A program made the position numbers and the translations under genes. A stretch of DNA of 64,000 bases from Planctomycetota bacterium (GTDB taxonomy: Bacteria > Planctomycetota > MHYJ01 > WSZJ01), in the NCBI GenBank assembly GCA_038060895.1, contig JBBTCT010000016.1:36020-100019 (forward strand), written 5' to 3'. The notes under the pieces were generated by a model. It was not told the DNA's origin. It made no database searches and saw only the letters and a list, made by a program, of their open reading frames with translations. Below, piece by piece: positions 8,783 through 17,545 of the stretch (the first letter of the stretch is position 1; the number at the start of each line of letters is the position of its first letter).

Positions 8783-10099
8783 CTATTTCTTCTTCACTTC
8801 CCGGCCGCGCACTTCTTCTGCGTCGGCATGCATCCCGGCGAGGAGAGACTTCGCGTTTGCGAGGATCTGCTCGTCGGTCGAGAGCATCAGCACGCGCCGG
8901 ACATGAGGTTCGAGGAAGCGGCCGAGCTTGTTCAGCGCCGCCTGCGATTTCGCGCGGGTCGGCCCGTCCTGGCTCGACCAGTCCCTCACGGCCGCGAGCA
9001 CCGTCGCTTCCTCTTCCGGCGTCACGCACTCGAGCCGCCCTACCAGCACGCGCACCAGCTCCTTCGGCGCGGGGTCGAGCGCCAGGGGCAGCACTCGGTC
9101 GACCATCAGGCGCGGCACGACGTACAGGATGCGAAGGCCTTCCGTCCGGAAGTAGCTCCGCTCCCACGTCCGCACCATCGACTCCGCTTCCTTCGGGTAC
9201 AGGCCCTGCTCGACAAGCTTCGCTTCGAGCGCCGGCCGCAGTTCCGCGATCATCGCATCCACGGGCTTCGCAGCTTTTGTGATCGGGCACTGCAGCTCGA
9301 CCGTCCCTCCGGCGGGCGCCTCCGGCGCGTACTTCCAGGCCGCGACGCTTCCGCGGATGTTCACGATGAAGAGGTGCCGGATCGGATCGGAGCTGTTGTT
9401 TGTGAGCGACACGCGCGAATCTTCGCGCGACTTCGCGACCAGCGGCAGTTCGAAACGCCCCAGTCCCCGGTAAAAGATGAACTTCTCGTGCTCCTGCGGC
9501 CCCATCCGCGGCGACTTGCGCGCTTCCGTCCGCACCACGTTCGAGTCCGGGATGCGCTGCGCTTCCCACGGTGAACCCGTTTCGCACGCCGGAATCTGGT
9601 CGAGGCCGGCGCCTTTCCCGAGCACGTCCACGCCCCACTCCAGGTAGCTCTTGTCCACCTTTGCCATGTCCAGCGGGCCTTCCTCGGGACGAGCTTCCGG
9701 GGGACCCAGCAGATCGCTCACCGGGTACCACTGCGTCAACAGGCCGTGGTTGAAGCAGACGCGGGCACGCACGTGAAGCGGCTGGTCGGCGTAGAAGTAA
9801 ATCACCGGCGTTTCCATCTTCTTGGTCACGTTCTCCACATCGACCTCGAGCCCCTTGTAGCCGAATTCGCGAAGCGGGCAGGTGCGGACTTCCGAGCGCG
9901 AGTAGACGAAGTCGGGGAGCCCTTCTTCTTCGTGCTGCAGGCCCTCCAGCGTGACGCCGTCGGAACCCTGCATCGACGTGAACGTGCCCCACTCGTGCGC
10001 GACGAACTCCGGGGCGGGGGAGGGGTCTTCTCCGCGGAGCAGGGCGAAGGAGAAGAGCGCGACGGTCGCGACGACGGCGGCGGAAAGGATGCGAATCAT
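8783..10099 (-). CDS. Secreted conserved hypothetical protein (HEWGTFTS...METPVIYFY...WYP family)
   Basis: Signal peptide, motifs HEWGTFTS, KMETPVIYFY, EKFIFYRG, GLYPKEA, LVRVLVGRLE. AAGGAG RBS. Confidence 0.8.
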   Translation of the reverse strand: MIRILSAAVVATVALFSFALLRGEDPSPAPEFVAHEWGTFTSMQGSDGVTLEGLQHEEEGLPDFVYSRSEVRTCPLREFGYKGLEVDVENVTKKMETPVIYFYADQPLHVRARVCFNHGLLTQWYPVSDLLGPPEARPEEGPLDMAKVDKSYLEWGVDVLGKGAGLDQIPACETGSPWEAQRIPDSNVVRTEARKSPRMGPQEHEKFIFYRGLGRFELPLVAKSREDSRVSLTNNSSDPIRHLFIVNIRGSVAAWKYAPEAPAGGTVELQCPITKAAKPVDAMIAELRPALEAKLVEQGLYPKEAESMVRTWERSYFRTEGLRILYVVPRLMVDRVLPLALDPAPKELVRVLVGRLECVTPEEEATVLAAVRDWSSQDGPTRAKSQAALNKLGRFLEPHVRRVLMLSTDEQILANAKSLLAGMHADAEEVRGREVKKK

Positions 10100-10131
10100 G
10101 GCGGACTCCTTGGGTTCATGTCCTGCGGGGA

Positions 10132-10160
10132 AGACGTTTGCCGGGGAACGCGCGTTAACA
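10132..10160 (-). promoter_or_regulatory. Putative ECF sigma promoter TGTTAAC-N17-CGTCT
   Basis: AAC(-35)/CGT(-10) ECF-type architecture about 30 nt upstream of the 10099 start. Same motif recurs at 11012-11039. Confidence 0.7.
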
Positions 10161-10174
10161 GCAAATCGGGCGGC

Positions 10175-10984
10175 CTACTGCCGCAGTTGCCGTTTCGCCT
10201 CGTCGACGCCGCTCGTCACGATCCAGCAGAACTCGCACTTCTTGTCGATGCCTTCCTTGCCCGAGCAGGCCTCGCACCGCTCGTCACCCAGAGACTTCAT
10301 CCCGCCCGCGACCGCCGACTTCAGGGTCTTCTTCAGCCACCGCATCTGCGCGTCCCGCAGGTGTTCGAGCTGCGGTGCCGTCAGCTCTTCCTTCAGCACT
10401 GCTGCCCACTTCCGTTTCAGGTCGTCACGCTTCTGGCCGAGCGCCGCCAGTTCCTTCTTCTGCGCCTCCGTCAGCTCCCCGAATTCCGACTCGTCCCACC
10501 GGAAGGCCGCCTCCACGCCCTGCCGCACCGCAATGCAGAGTGCGCAGAACCGGTCCTTCTCGCCCTTCTTCTGCGCCGCCAGCGCTTCATCGTTCGCGAA
10601 CCAGAACTCACCGGCCGACTCCACTTCGATCAGGAGGGCCTGATCGCGCGCGGCCCGCGCCAGGAAAGCGGTGACGAGCTCGGCAAGCGGCTTGCTGGAG
10701 ACGCCTGAGGCGGCGCGCTTCGGCCCTGCCGGGAGCTTTGCGACCTGCTCGTTGATCTCGCGAAGGGCCTTCCGGAAGTTGGTGTCCGCTTCGGCCAGGG
10801 TGTCGATCTGCTCCTTGCTGAGCAACGCCTTCTCCGGCATGGGGTTCGTCGTGGAGCCGGTCGCCAACTCGCCCAGGCCCGGCGTCGGGATGGCCGAGTC
10901 GCGAATCTGGCAGGCTTTGCCGCCGGCGGCGGCGGGGATGGGGAGAAGGGCGATGATGGACGCGACGACAGTGAAGGTGCGCAT
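10175..10984 (-). CDS. Secreted helical hypothetical protein with three CxxC motifs
   Basis: Signal peptide MRTFTVVASIIALLPIPAAA, AAAGGAG RBS, motifs CALC, CEAC, CEFC. Confidence 0.75.
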   Translation of the reverse strand: MRTFTVVASIIALLPIPAAAGGKACQIRDSAIPTPGLGELATGSTTNPMPEKALLSKEQIDTLAEADTNFRKALREINEQVAKLPAGPKRAASGVSSKPLAELVTAFLARAARDQALLIEVESAGEFWFANDEALAAQKKGEKDRFCALCIAVRQGVEAAFRWDESEFGELTEAQKKELAALGQKRDDLKRKWAAVLKEELTAPQLEHLRDAQMRWLKKTLKSAVAGGMKSLGDERCEACSGKEGIDKKCEFCWIVTSGVDEAKRQLRQ

Positions 10985-11011
10985 GGGGGTCTCCTTTCGG
11001 GTATGAGAGGG

Positions 11012-11039
11012 AGACGGTTGCGGTCGCAGGCTGTTAACA
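11012..11039 (-). promoter_or_regulatory. Putative ECF sigma promoter TGTTAAC-N16-CGTCT
   Basis: Identical -35 and -10 boxes to the 10132-10160 copy, at a similar distance from the start codon. Confidence 0.7.
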
Positions 11040-11583
11040 CGATTTCCCGCAGGCTTGTTGAAGGGCGGAATGAGGGGGACAATGCCCGCATGACGCGAAT
11101 TCCCGCAGATTTTCCCTGGCACGAACGCATTCAGGCGGGAATACGGGATCAGGGGCGGCGCAGGGCATCGGTCGAGGCATAGCTTGTTTCGGTCGGTGCA
11201 CGGCGACTCCGAGCGGCCGGATTGTCGGTACCAACAGCGTTTTCGAATCCAGAGAAGCGGCTGTACCGGCTGATTGAGACGACGCGCGGCGACGGGGCAC
11301 ATTCCTACTACAACTCGCTGTTGCCTCATTCGAGAAATCCCTCGAGAGAACTCTCCGTGAGGCCCGGAAGAAGCCGATCTCGAGATCCTGACGCTCACCA
11401 TCTCCGGCCCGGCGACAGGACCGCACACCGCATCCGCCTCGCGGCCACCCCAGGCGCCTGATTTGTTCACTCAGGTCCCATCCACTGCGCCCCCGACCCC
11501 GATTCAGATGGAGTCGCGTAGGGACGCTCGAGTTCGCGCCGCGCCGCCTTGCGCTTCCCGTGTTTTCGCGCCCGGCCCGAGAT

Positions 11584-11997
11584 TCACGGACGCGCTGTTT
11601 CAGGGGAGTCGCCGGGGCCAGAGTGGGCGTTCGTGAAGAGGAACCGCCCCGTCAGTGCCGCCGGCCGGCCCGTCTCGCCCTCCGGCGCAGCGCGGGTTGT
11701 TGAGCCAGGTCCTGAGGCAGGTGCGCAGCCAGGCCCGGAAGCGGCCCTTCGCGGGATCCCGGCGCCGAAGACGTCGGAGCGGTTTTCCAGGAGGTGAATG
11801 AAGAATTCCTGGGTGACGACCTCCGGGTCGTAGTTGACGCGCGTCGCGGCCGAGAGGTGCCAGGTCACGAGTTTCACCACGACCGGCCGGTACCAGCGGG
11901 CCAGGAGGTCCAGGGCGACCGTCGAGCCGCTTCCGGCGGCCGCGACCTTGGACCTGGGAATTCGGGTGAATTCGACTCCGGAGGCCTCTTCTGCCAT
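11584..11997 (-). pseudogene. Frameshifted, truncated ECF sigma factor
   Basis: ALDLLARWYRPVV...DPEVVTQEFFIHLLE in one frame continues as DPAKGRFRAWLRTCLRTWLNN in another (shift near 11760). No region 4 is recognisable. Confidence 0.75.
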
Positions 11998-12159
11998 GGG
12001 GAAAGATGGCGGATTTGGCGTCCCGGGGGCCAGCGGGCGCGAAATTTCCGGATTCTTCGTCGGATTTCCCCAGCCTTGCTTTAGAGGCTGCTGAACGAGG
12101 GAGGAAGCGAAGGCATTGGCCATCGAATCCCAGTAACCACGACTTCAAGGAGGCGACCC

Positions 12160-13056
12160 ATGAAGACGAACCTGGCCTGGAGCAAGGCGTGCACGGCGGT
12201 GCTGGTGCTGGCGCTGGCGGCGGGATGTGGACCGAAGCACAAGTCCTCGGACAGCGGCGGCGGGAGTTCGGGCTCCAGCGGCGCGGGGGCCGGCGCCGGG
12301 GCGGGCGGGGGCGGGGGCGGGGGCGGCGGCATGCCTCTTCTGCTGCCGGATCTCGTGGACGGCGGCCTCGCGAGCCAGTACTCGGATTCGCGGGCGGTGG
12401 CCGGGGCGACCTTCCTGGCCGGCGGCGAAGTGACGAACGCGGGAACGATGAATTCGGGCCCGTTCCAGGTCGACTTCTATCTCACCCAGGGGCCGGAAGT
12501 CACGCCGCTGGACGTTTTCCTCGGCTCGGTCGCGATGCCCGACCTCATGCCGGGCGACATCGCAATGGCCGACCTGTCCGTCCCGATGCCCGACATTGCT
12601 CCCGGCGAGTGGCGGATCGGATGGATCATCGACGCCGCGGACGTCGTCTTCGAGCTGGACGGGACCAACAACGTCGTCATGTACCCCATCGATGTCCTGG
12701 TCGAGGACCGCTACGAGGCCAACGACTCCTTCGCCAGCGCCTTCATTCTGGGCCCCGCCGGCGCCAGCTATGCCGCGGACGGTACGATCCACTCGGCGGC
12801 CGATGAGGACTGGTTCTCGGTCGACCAGATCGCCGGAAGCAGCCTCACCGCCACCATGACCTGCCCCGCGGACTACGACCTCGAAATCTGGGCCTTCGAC
12901 GGCACGCTCCTGGTCTCTTCGAACAACTCCGGCATCCTCGCCGAATCGGCCACCGTCGTCGCTCCCTACACCGGCTCCTACTTCATCCGCATCGTCCCGG
13001 TCTCCGGCGCCTTCGACCAGAACAACCCCTGGACCCTGACCGTCGACGTGCCCTAG
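12160..13056 (+). CDS. Lipoprotein with Gly-rich linker, CARDB-like and PPC-like domains
   Basis: Lipobox LAAGC, AAGGAGG RBS, PDL..VTNAG..DFYL (CARDB-like), DRYEAND..DEDWF..DYDL (PPC-like). Confidence 0.8.
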   Translation: MKTNLAWSKACTAVLVLALAAGCGPKHKSSDSGGGSSGSSGAGAGAGAGGGGGGGGGMPLLLPDLVDGGLASQYSDSRAVAGATFLAGGEVTNAGTMNSGPFQVDFYLTQGPEVTPLDVFLGSVAMPDLMPGDIAMADLSVPMPDIAPGEWRIGWIIDAADVVFELDGTNNVVMYPIDVLVEDRYEANDSFASAFILGPAGASYAADGTIHSAADEDWFSVDQIAGSSLTATMTCPADYDLEIWAFDGTLLVSSNNSGILAESATVVAPYTGSYFIRIVPVSGAFDQNNPWTLTVDVP

Positions 13057-13148
13057 CCCTCCCGCCGAAAACGTCGCCTCGCCGGCCGGCTCCGCACCCG
13101 TAATCGCGGACCGGCCGGCGATCTCATTTCTCCGCGTAAGATCCACTC

Positions 13149-14099
13149 GTGCCCGCCCCCGTGCCTGACACCGCCGAATCGACCTCCACCGCTTCCGACC
13201 TCCGCCGCGCCCGTGGCGGGGTCCTCTGGGCCGTCCTCGCCTACGGGTCGTGGGGAGTCTTCCCGATCTACTGGAAGCAACTCCGGCACATCCCGGCGTT
13301 CGAAGTGCTGTGCCATCGCGTGCTGTGGAGCTGCGCGCTCGTCGGGATCGCGATGGCGATTCAGGGACAGCTCGGCGCCATCCGAAGCGCGCTCGCCGAC
13401 TCGAAAACGCGCCGCGTGCTCCTCGCCAGCACCGCGCTCATCGGCGTGAACTGGTTTCTCTTCATCTGGGCCGTCACCAGCGGCCGGATTCTGCAGGCGA
13501 GCCTCGGCTACTACATGAACCCGCTCGTGAACGTGGCCCTCGGCCGCCTGGTCCTCGGCGAGCGCATCAGCCCCGCCGCCGCCGTAGCCGTCGCGCTGGC
13601 CGCCGCGGGCGTCGCGATCATGGCCGCTGGCACCGGTGCCGTCCCATGGGTCGCCGTCTCCCTCGCCGTCACCTTCGCGCTCTATGGACTGTGCCGCAAG
13701 ACCGTCGCGGTCGGCCCCCTCGTCGGCCTCTCCGTCGAAACCATCCTCATCGCCCCCGTCGCCGCCATCGCCCTCGCCGTCCTCTTCGCCCGCGGCCAGG
13801 CCGCCACGCAGCACGCCACGCGCATCGAGTGGATCTTCCTCGCGGGAAGCGGCTTCCCCACCGCGATCCCTCTCCTCGCCTTCGCTGAGGCCGCGCGCAG
13901 ACTGCGCTTCATCACGGTCGGCATCCTCCAGTACATCGCGCCGACGCTACAGTTCCTCTGCGCGGTCGCGATCTACCACGAAGCGTTCACCCGGAACCAC
14001 GCCGTGGCCTTCGGCTGCATCTGGGGAGCGGTGGCGATCTACGCCGTGGATTCCATCGTCCGGGCGAAGGCGCCAGGCAAGTTACTGCCGAGGGCATGA
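13149..14099 (+). CDS. rarD: EamA family transporter RarD
   Basis: WGVFPIYWK, HRVLWS, ASLGYYMNPL, GILQYIAPTLQF. Confidence 0.92.
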   Translation: MPAPVPDTAESTSTASDLRRARGGVLWAVLAYGSWGVFPIYWKQLRHIPAFEVLCHRVLWSCALVGIAMAIQGQLGAIRSALADSKTRRVLLASTALIGVNWFLFIWAVTSGRILQASLGYYMNPLVNVALGRLVLGERISPAAAVAVALAAAGVAIMAAGTGAVPWVAVSLAVTFALYGLCRKTVAVGPLVGLSVETILIAPVAAIALAVLFARGQAATQHATRIEWIFLAGSGFPTAIPLLAFAEAARRLRFITVGILQYIAPTLQFLCAVAIYHEAFTRNHAVAFGCIWGAVAIYAVDSIVRAKAPGKLLPRA

Positions 14100-14103
14100 C
14101 GGC

Positions 14104-15177
14104 TCAGGTCGTCCTTGCGACGGCGGTCCAATTCCCGACCTGCCCGCCCATTCCCGGCATTCCCGTGGCCAGCCCTCGCGTCAGCGCGTACCAGCAGAAA
14201 TAGCAGTGGTTCGTCGTTTTCCCGGGAAGCGCATCGGGGTCCTTCGCGAGGATCTCTTCCTTGATGGCGCTCAGCCCTTTCGAAAACACCTTCCCGACGT
14301 AGGGATGCGCCCGGCCGCGCTGGAGGATCTCCTTCGCCGAGTGCTCGTGGATGTTGCCGATTGTGAGCTGGTCGAGGTCGCTTGCGAAGCCGCAGCACGG
14401 CTTGACTTCGCCGCGCGGCGTGACGACGAACGCCTGCCCGGGACCTTCACAATAGTCTTCCTTGAACCACGAGCCGTCCCAGTTGTCTGTCAAGCCCTCG
14501 GCGCGTTCGACGGCGGCCAGGTGATTGAAGTTGAGCGTCGCGCTGACGTCGGGGGCGATGAGCATCCATGCACCGAGGGCGGGGGAGAACTCGACGAATC
14601 CGCCCAGCGCCTTCGCGACCGCCTGCACCTTCTCGAGCCCGGCGTCCGGCGCGCCCGCCGCGTAGCTGATCGTCAGGATGTCGTCGCGCTTTGAGACCTT
14701 CGCCGCGCTCCGCGCGAACTGGGCGAGCACTTCGATTTTCACCGGGTGAAACCGGTCGACGCTGAGCCCCAGGCGGCCCGAGTAGCCGGCACGCAGCAGC
14801 CGCTTCAGGGTCGTCTCCAGCTCGTTCACCGTTTTCCACCACGCGCCGTTGGTGGAGATCTTGTCGAAGCGAAATCCGAGCCTGGCGGCATGGCGCGAGA
14901 CTTTTTCGAGGAACTCGGGGTAAATGAACGGCTCGCCGCCCGTGAAGCCCATCGTCTTGATGCCAAGCTCGGCACACTCGGTCGTGAAGCGCTTCGCCAC
15001 GTCGATGTCGAGGTAGTCCTTCCACTCGATCGGAACGCAGCAGTGCGCGCATGTCAGGTTGCACTGGTAGGTTCCGCTGAACGAAACGTAGTTCGGGCGG
15101 AAGGTGTGCGACTTCGAACGCGTGCGCGCTTCGCCGCGGGAGAGGATCGGGTTCGGGGCGTCTTCCTTACAGCTCAC
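14104..15177 (-). CDS. Radical SAM protein with SPASM/twitch domain
   Basis: CNLTCAHC, FTGGEPF, STNG, SVDRFH, then C-terminal CEGPG..GEVKPCCG..IGNI..CYFC. Confidence 0.9.
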   Translation of the reverse strand: MSCKEDAPNPILSRGEARTRSKSHTFRPNYVSFSGTYQCNLTCAHCCVPIEWKDYLDIDVAKRFTTECAELGIKTMGFTGGEPFIYPEFLEKVSRHAARLGFRFDKISTNGAWWKTVNELETTLKRLLRAGYSGRLGLSVDRFHPVKIEVLAQFARSAAKVSKRDDILTISYAAGAPDAGLEKVQAVAKALGGFVEFSPALGAWMLIAPDVSATLNFNHLAAVERAEGLTDNWDGSWFKEDYCEGPGQAFVVTPRGEVKPCCGFASDLDQLTIGNIHEHSAKEILQRGRAHPYVGKVFSKGLSAIKEEILAKDPDALPGKTTNHCYFCWYALTRGLATGMPGMGGQVGNWTAVARTT

Positions 15178-15512
15178 GGCGACCGTCTGATGTTTCGCGC
15201 GGCGGGCGGCGGAGCCTTCAGACCCAGCGCGTTTCGGACATCCTCGAGCGTGATCTTGCCGTCCGCCTTGCCGTCGAGGGAGTCGAGCTGGGCGAAGTAG
15301 CGACCGAGGTCTTCGTAGGTGAGGATGCCCTTGTCCAGAAGCGCCCGCATCGTCACGAGCATGAGGAGGTTCAGCTCGCCGACGTTTTCCGCGACCCGCT
15401 GGGCGCGCGCGGCGGCCTTCACGTCGTGGCCGCCGGCGTGCTCGAGCTGCGTGGAAAGCTGCCGAAGCTGCGAATCCTGGCGCGCGTTCACGAACATGCC
15501 GATGAGACTCAT
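15174..15512 (-). CDS. Small hypothetical protein with EF-hand-like DxxDGxxDGKIT motif
   Basis: ORF whose stop overlaps the radical SAM start (GTGA). Contains LDSLDGKADGKITLED. Confidence 0.7.
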   Translation of the reverse strand: MSLIGMFVNARQDSQLRQLSTQLEHAGGHDVKAAARAQRVAENVGELNLLMLVTMRALLDKGILTYEDLGRYFAQLDSLDGKADGKITLEDVRNALGLKAPPPAARNIRRSP

Positions 15513-15637
15513 GGGTAGGCCCTTCTTCGGGGGAGGTCGAAGTCTACGCGGCCTTCCGGGAACGCCCAATCCCAACATTTTTGTACGATCTTTCGTGCGG
15601 CGGCGTCGTATTACCTGAGGCACTCTCGAGACCCCCG

Positions 15638-17473
15638 ATGAACCCCTGGGAATCACTCGTCCGCGAACACCTGCCGGTCGTCACCGGCGTAGCGCTTCGC
15701 GTCCTTGGCGACCGCGCCGCAGCCGAGGACGTCGCGCAGGATGTGTTCCTGCACCTCCTGCAGAACCCGCACGCACTCGATCACGCGGAAAACGTGCGTT
15801 CTTTCCTGTGCCGGTCCGCGATCAACCGTTCCCTGGACCGCATCCGGGAAAAGGACCGCCGCGAGCGGCGCGAAGCAGCGGTCGAGCACTCCCCGCGCGA
15901 CCTCAACCCGCTTGACGCTGCCTGGCACGAGGAAGTCCGCCGCAGCGTCCAAGCGCTTCCCGAGCCCGAACGCGACGCCGTCGCCGCGCGGTATTTCCGC
16001 GGGTTGACCGTGCGCGAAGCCGCAAAGGAGATGCGGGTCTCCGTTGGCACGGTCTGCAACCGGCTTGAAGCGGGCGTGAAACGGCTTCGGAAGTGGCTCG
16101 GCGCCGCCGCATTCGGGTTGATCTTCGCAGTTCTGGACGACGACGCTTTCGCCGTCGAAGCGGTCGCTGAGGCCTCGCGGCTGGTGCGCCGGGGCACGCA
16201 GCCGGGAGTCGGGAGTCCGGATACGGGAGTAAAGGCACGGAAGCGAAAGGTCGCAAGGACGGCGACCGGGCTCGCAGGTGTCGCCGCCTTGCTGCTGATT
16301 TCGATCTGGATAGGCCAGCCGGGTCAGATCGCAGGAGAGAAGCGACGCCCGCCCGAGATCGCCGTTACGCATCTCGATGGACGCGATCGTTCTGCGTCAC
16401 CCGAGGCTCCATCCGTTGTTTCTCCGGGCGGCGCTGCGGCCAGGTCCGTCCGCGAGTCCGCGCGTCCCCGCGGCGAACTCTTCCGCGCCGAAGGTTTCCT
16501 CGTCCGAGACGGCGACGGCTTCGCCTTGATCGAGCCCGCCGTCCGCGAGCCGCGCCGCGTGGCCGGCGGCACAAATTGCTTCGATTCGTACTGTTCTCCT
16601 ATCGTCCATCACGGCGCGCGCGGCAACCTCAGCGACTCGTTCATCTCGGACAGCGTGGCAGCGGTCCGGGCCCCCTTCCTCCTCGAGCGCGGGCCGCTTC
16701 TCGACACGATTCCGGCCGGGACCCTCGCGTCCTTCGCGTCCTGGCTTGAAGGGGTTTCCGACCTCTCCGGCCTCCCGCGCGCCCGGCTCGTCCTGCGCGC
16801 CGCCTGGGTCGACAAGGCCGCCGGGCTGGCCGAGGCCGTCGAGATCGAGGAGGCGGAACTGCTGACGGATGACTGGCTCACGGTCTGGCGCGAAGCCCTG
16901 CAGGCCAACGCATCCCTGGCTCGCGCGTTCGAAAAGCCGCCGGGCGCGCTTCGGCGCGCGGAGGCACTTTTCGCGGCCGATCAGCTCGAAACGGCGCTGG
17001 AGAAGGCCCGGGACGCGCGCCGCCACGAGTCGGCCGTCGCCTGGCGCATGCGCCGTGAAAGCGAAATCGAGATCGCGTCCGCCGCGGCGGTGGCGTGTCT
17101 TGGCCGCAACGAGGAACTCCCCGAAGGTCCGGCCGAGCCGCCCGATCCGGAATCCTTTGCCGCCTCGCGCGCCGTCGGGCTCGAGCTGGAACCGGTTCCC
17201 GCGATTCAGCAGGGAGCACTGGCGCTTCGCGGCGGCTCCCGTGTCCTTTCCGTCGCCCCCGGCTCCGCCGCGGACCGGGCCGGGTTGCGGGCCGGAGACG
17301 TGATCTGGCGCATGACGCCCCTTGCCGGGGAGGGACGCTCGGCGCCGCGCATGGTCCTGCGGTCCGAAGACGTGTCCGCATTCGTTGCGGATGTCGCTGA
17401 ATCTGGCGGAAGCGGGCTCGAATTCGAGGTTGTGCGGGGGATGGATGTGATGGCGTTCGCGCTTTCGCTGTAA
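15638..17473 (+). CDS. ECF sigma factor fused to TM, unknown extracytoplasmic domain and PDZ (copy 1)
   Basis: Regions 2 and 4 (AEDVAQDVF, LPEPER, VGTVCNRL), hydrophobic helix, C-terminal VAPGSAADRAGLRAGDVI PDZ motif. Confidence 0.88.
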   Translation: MNPWESLVREHLPVVTGVALRVLGDRAAAEDVAQDVFLHLLQNPHALDHAENVRSFLCRSAINRSLDRIREKDRRERREAAVEHSPRDLNPLDAAWHEEVRRSVQALPEPERDAVAARYFRGLTVREAAKEMRVSVGTVCNRLEAGVKRLRKWLGAAAFGLIFAVLDDDAFAVEAVAEASRLVRRGTQPGVGSPDTGVKARKRKVARTATGLAGVAALLLISIWIGQPGQIAGEKRRPPEIAVTHLDGRDRSASPEAPSVVSPGGAAARSVRESARPRGELFRAEGFLVRDGDGFALIEPAVREPRRVAGGTNCFDSYCSPIVHHGARGNLSDSFISDSVAAVRAPFLLERGPLLDTIPAGTLASFASWLEGVSDLSGLPRARLVLRAAWVDKAAGLAEAVEIEEAELLTDDWLTVWREALQANASLARAFEKPPGALRRAEALFAADQLETALEKARDARRHESAVAWRMRRESEIEIASAAAVACLGRNEELPEGPAEPPDPESFAASRAVGLELEPVPAIQQGALALRGGSRVLSVAPGSAADRAGLRAGDVIWRMTPLAGEGRSAPRMVLRSEDVSAFVADVAESGGSGLEFEVVRGMDVMAFALSL

Positions 17474-17545
17474 CCGGAGGATTTCGCCGAGTAATCCCGC
17501 TTCCGGCGTCGTCTCCATAGGCAGTAGCATCCCGGAGACACCTCC

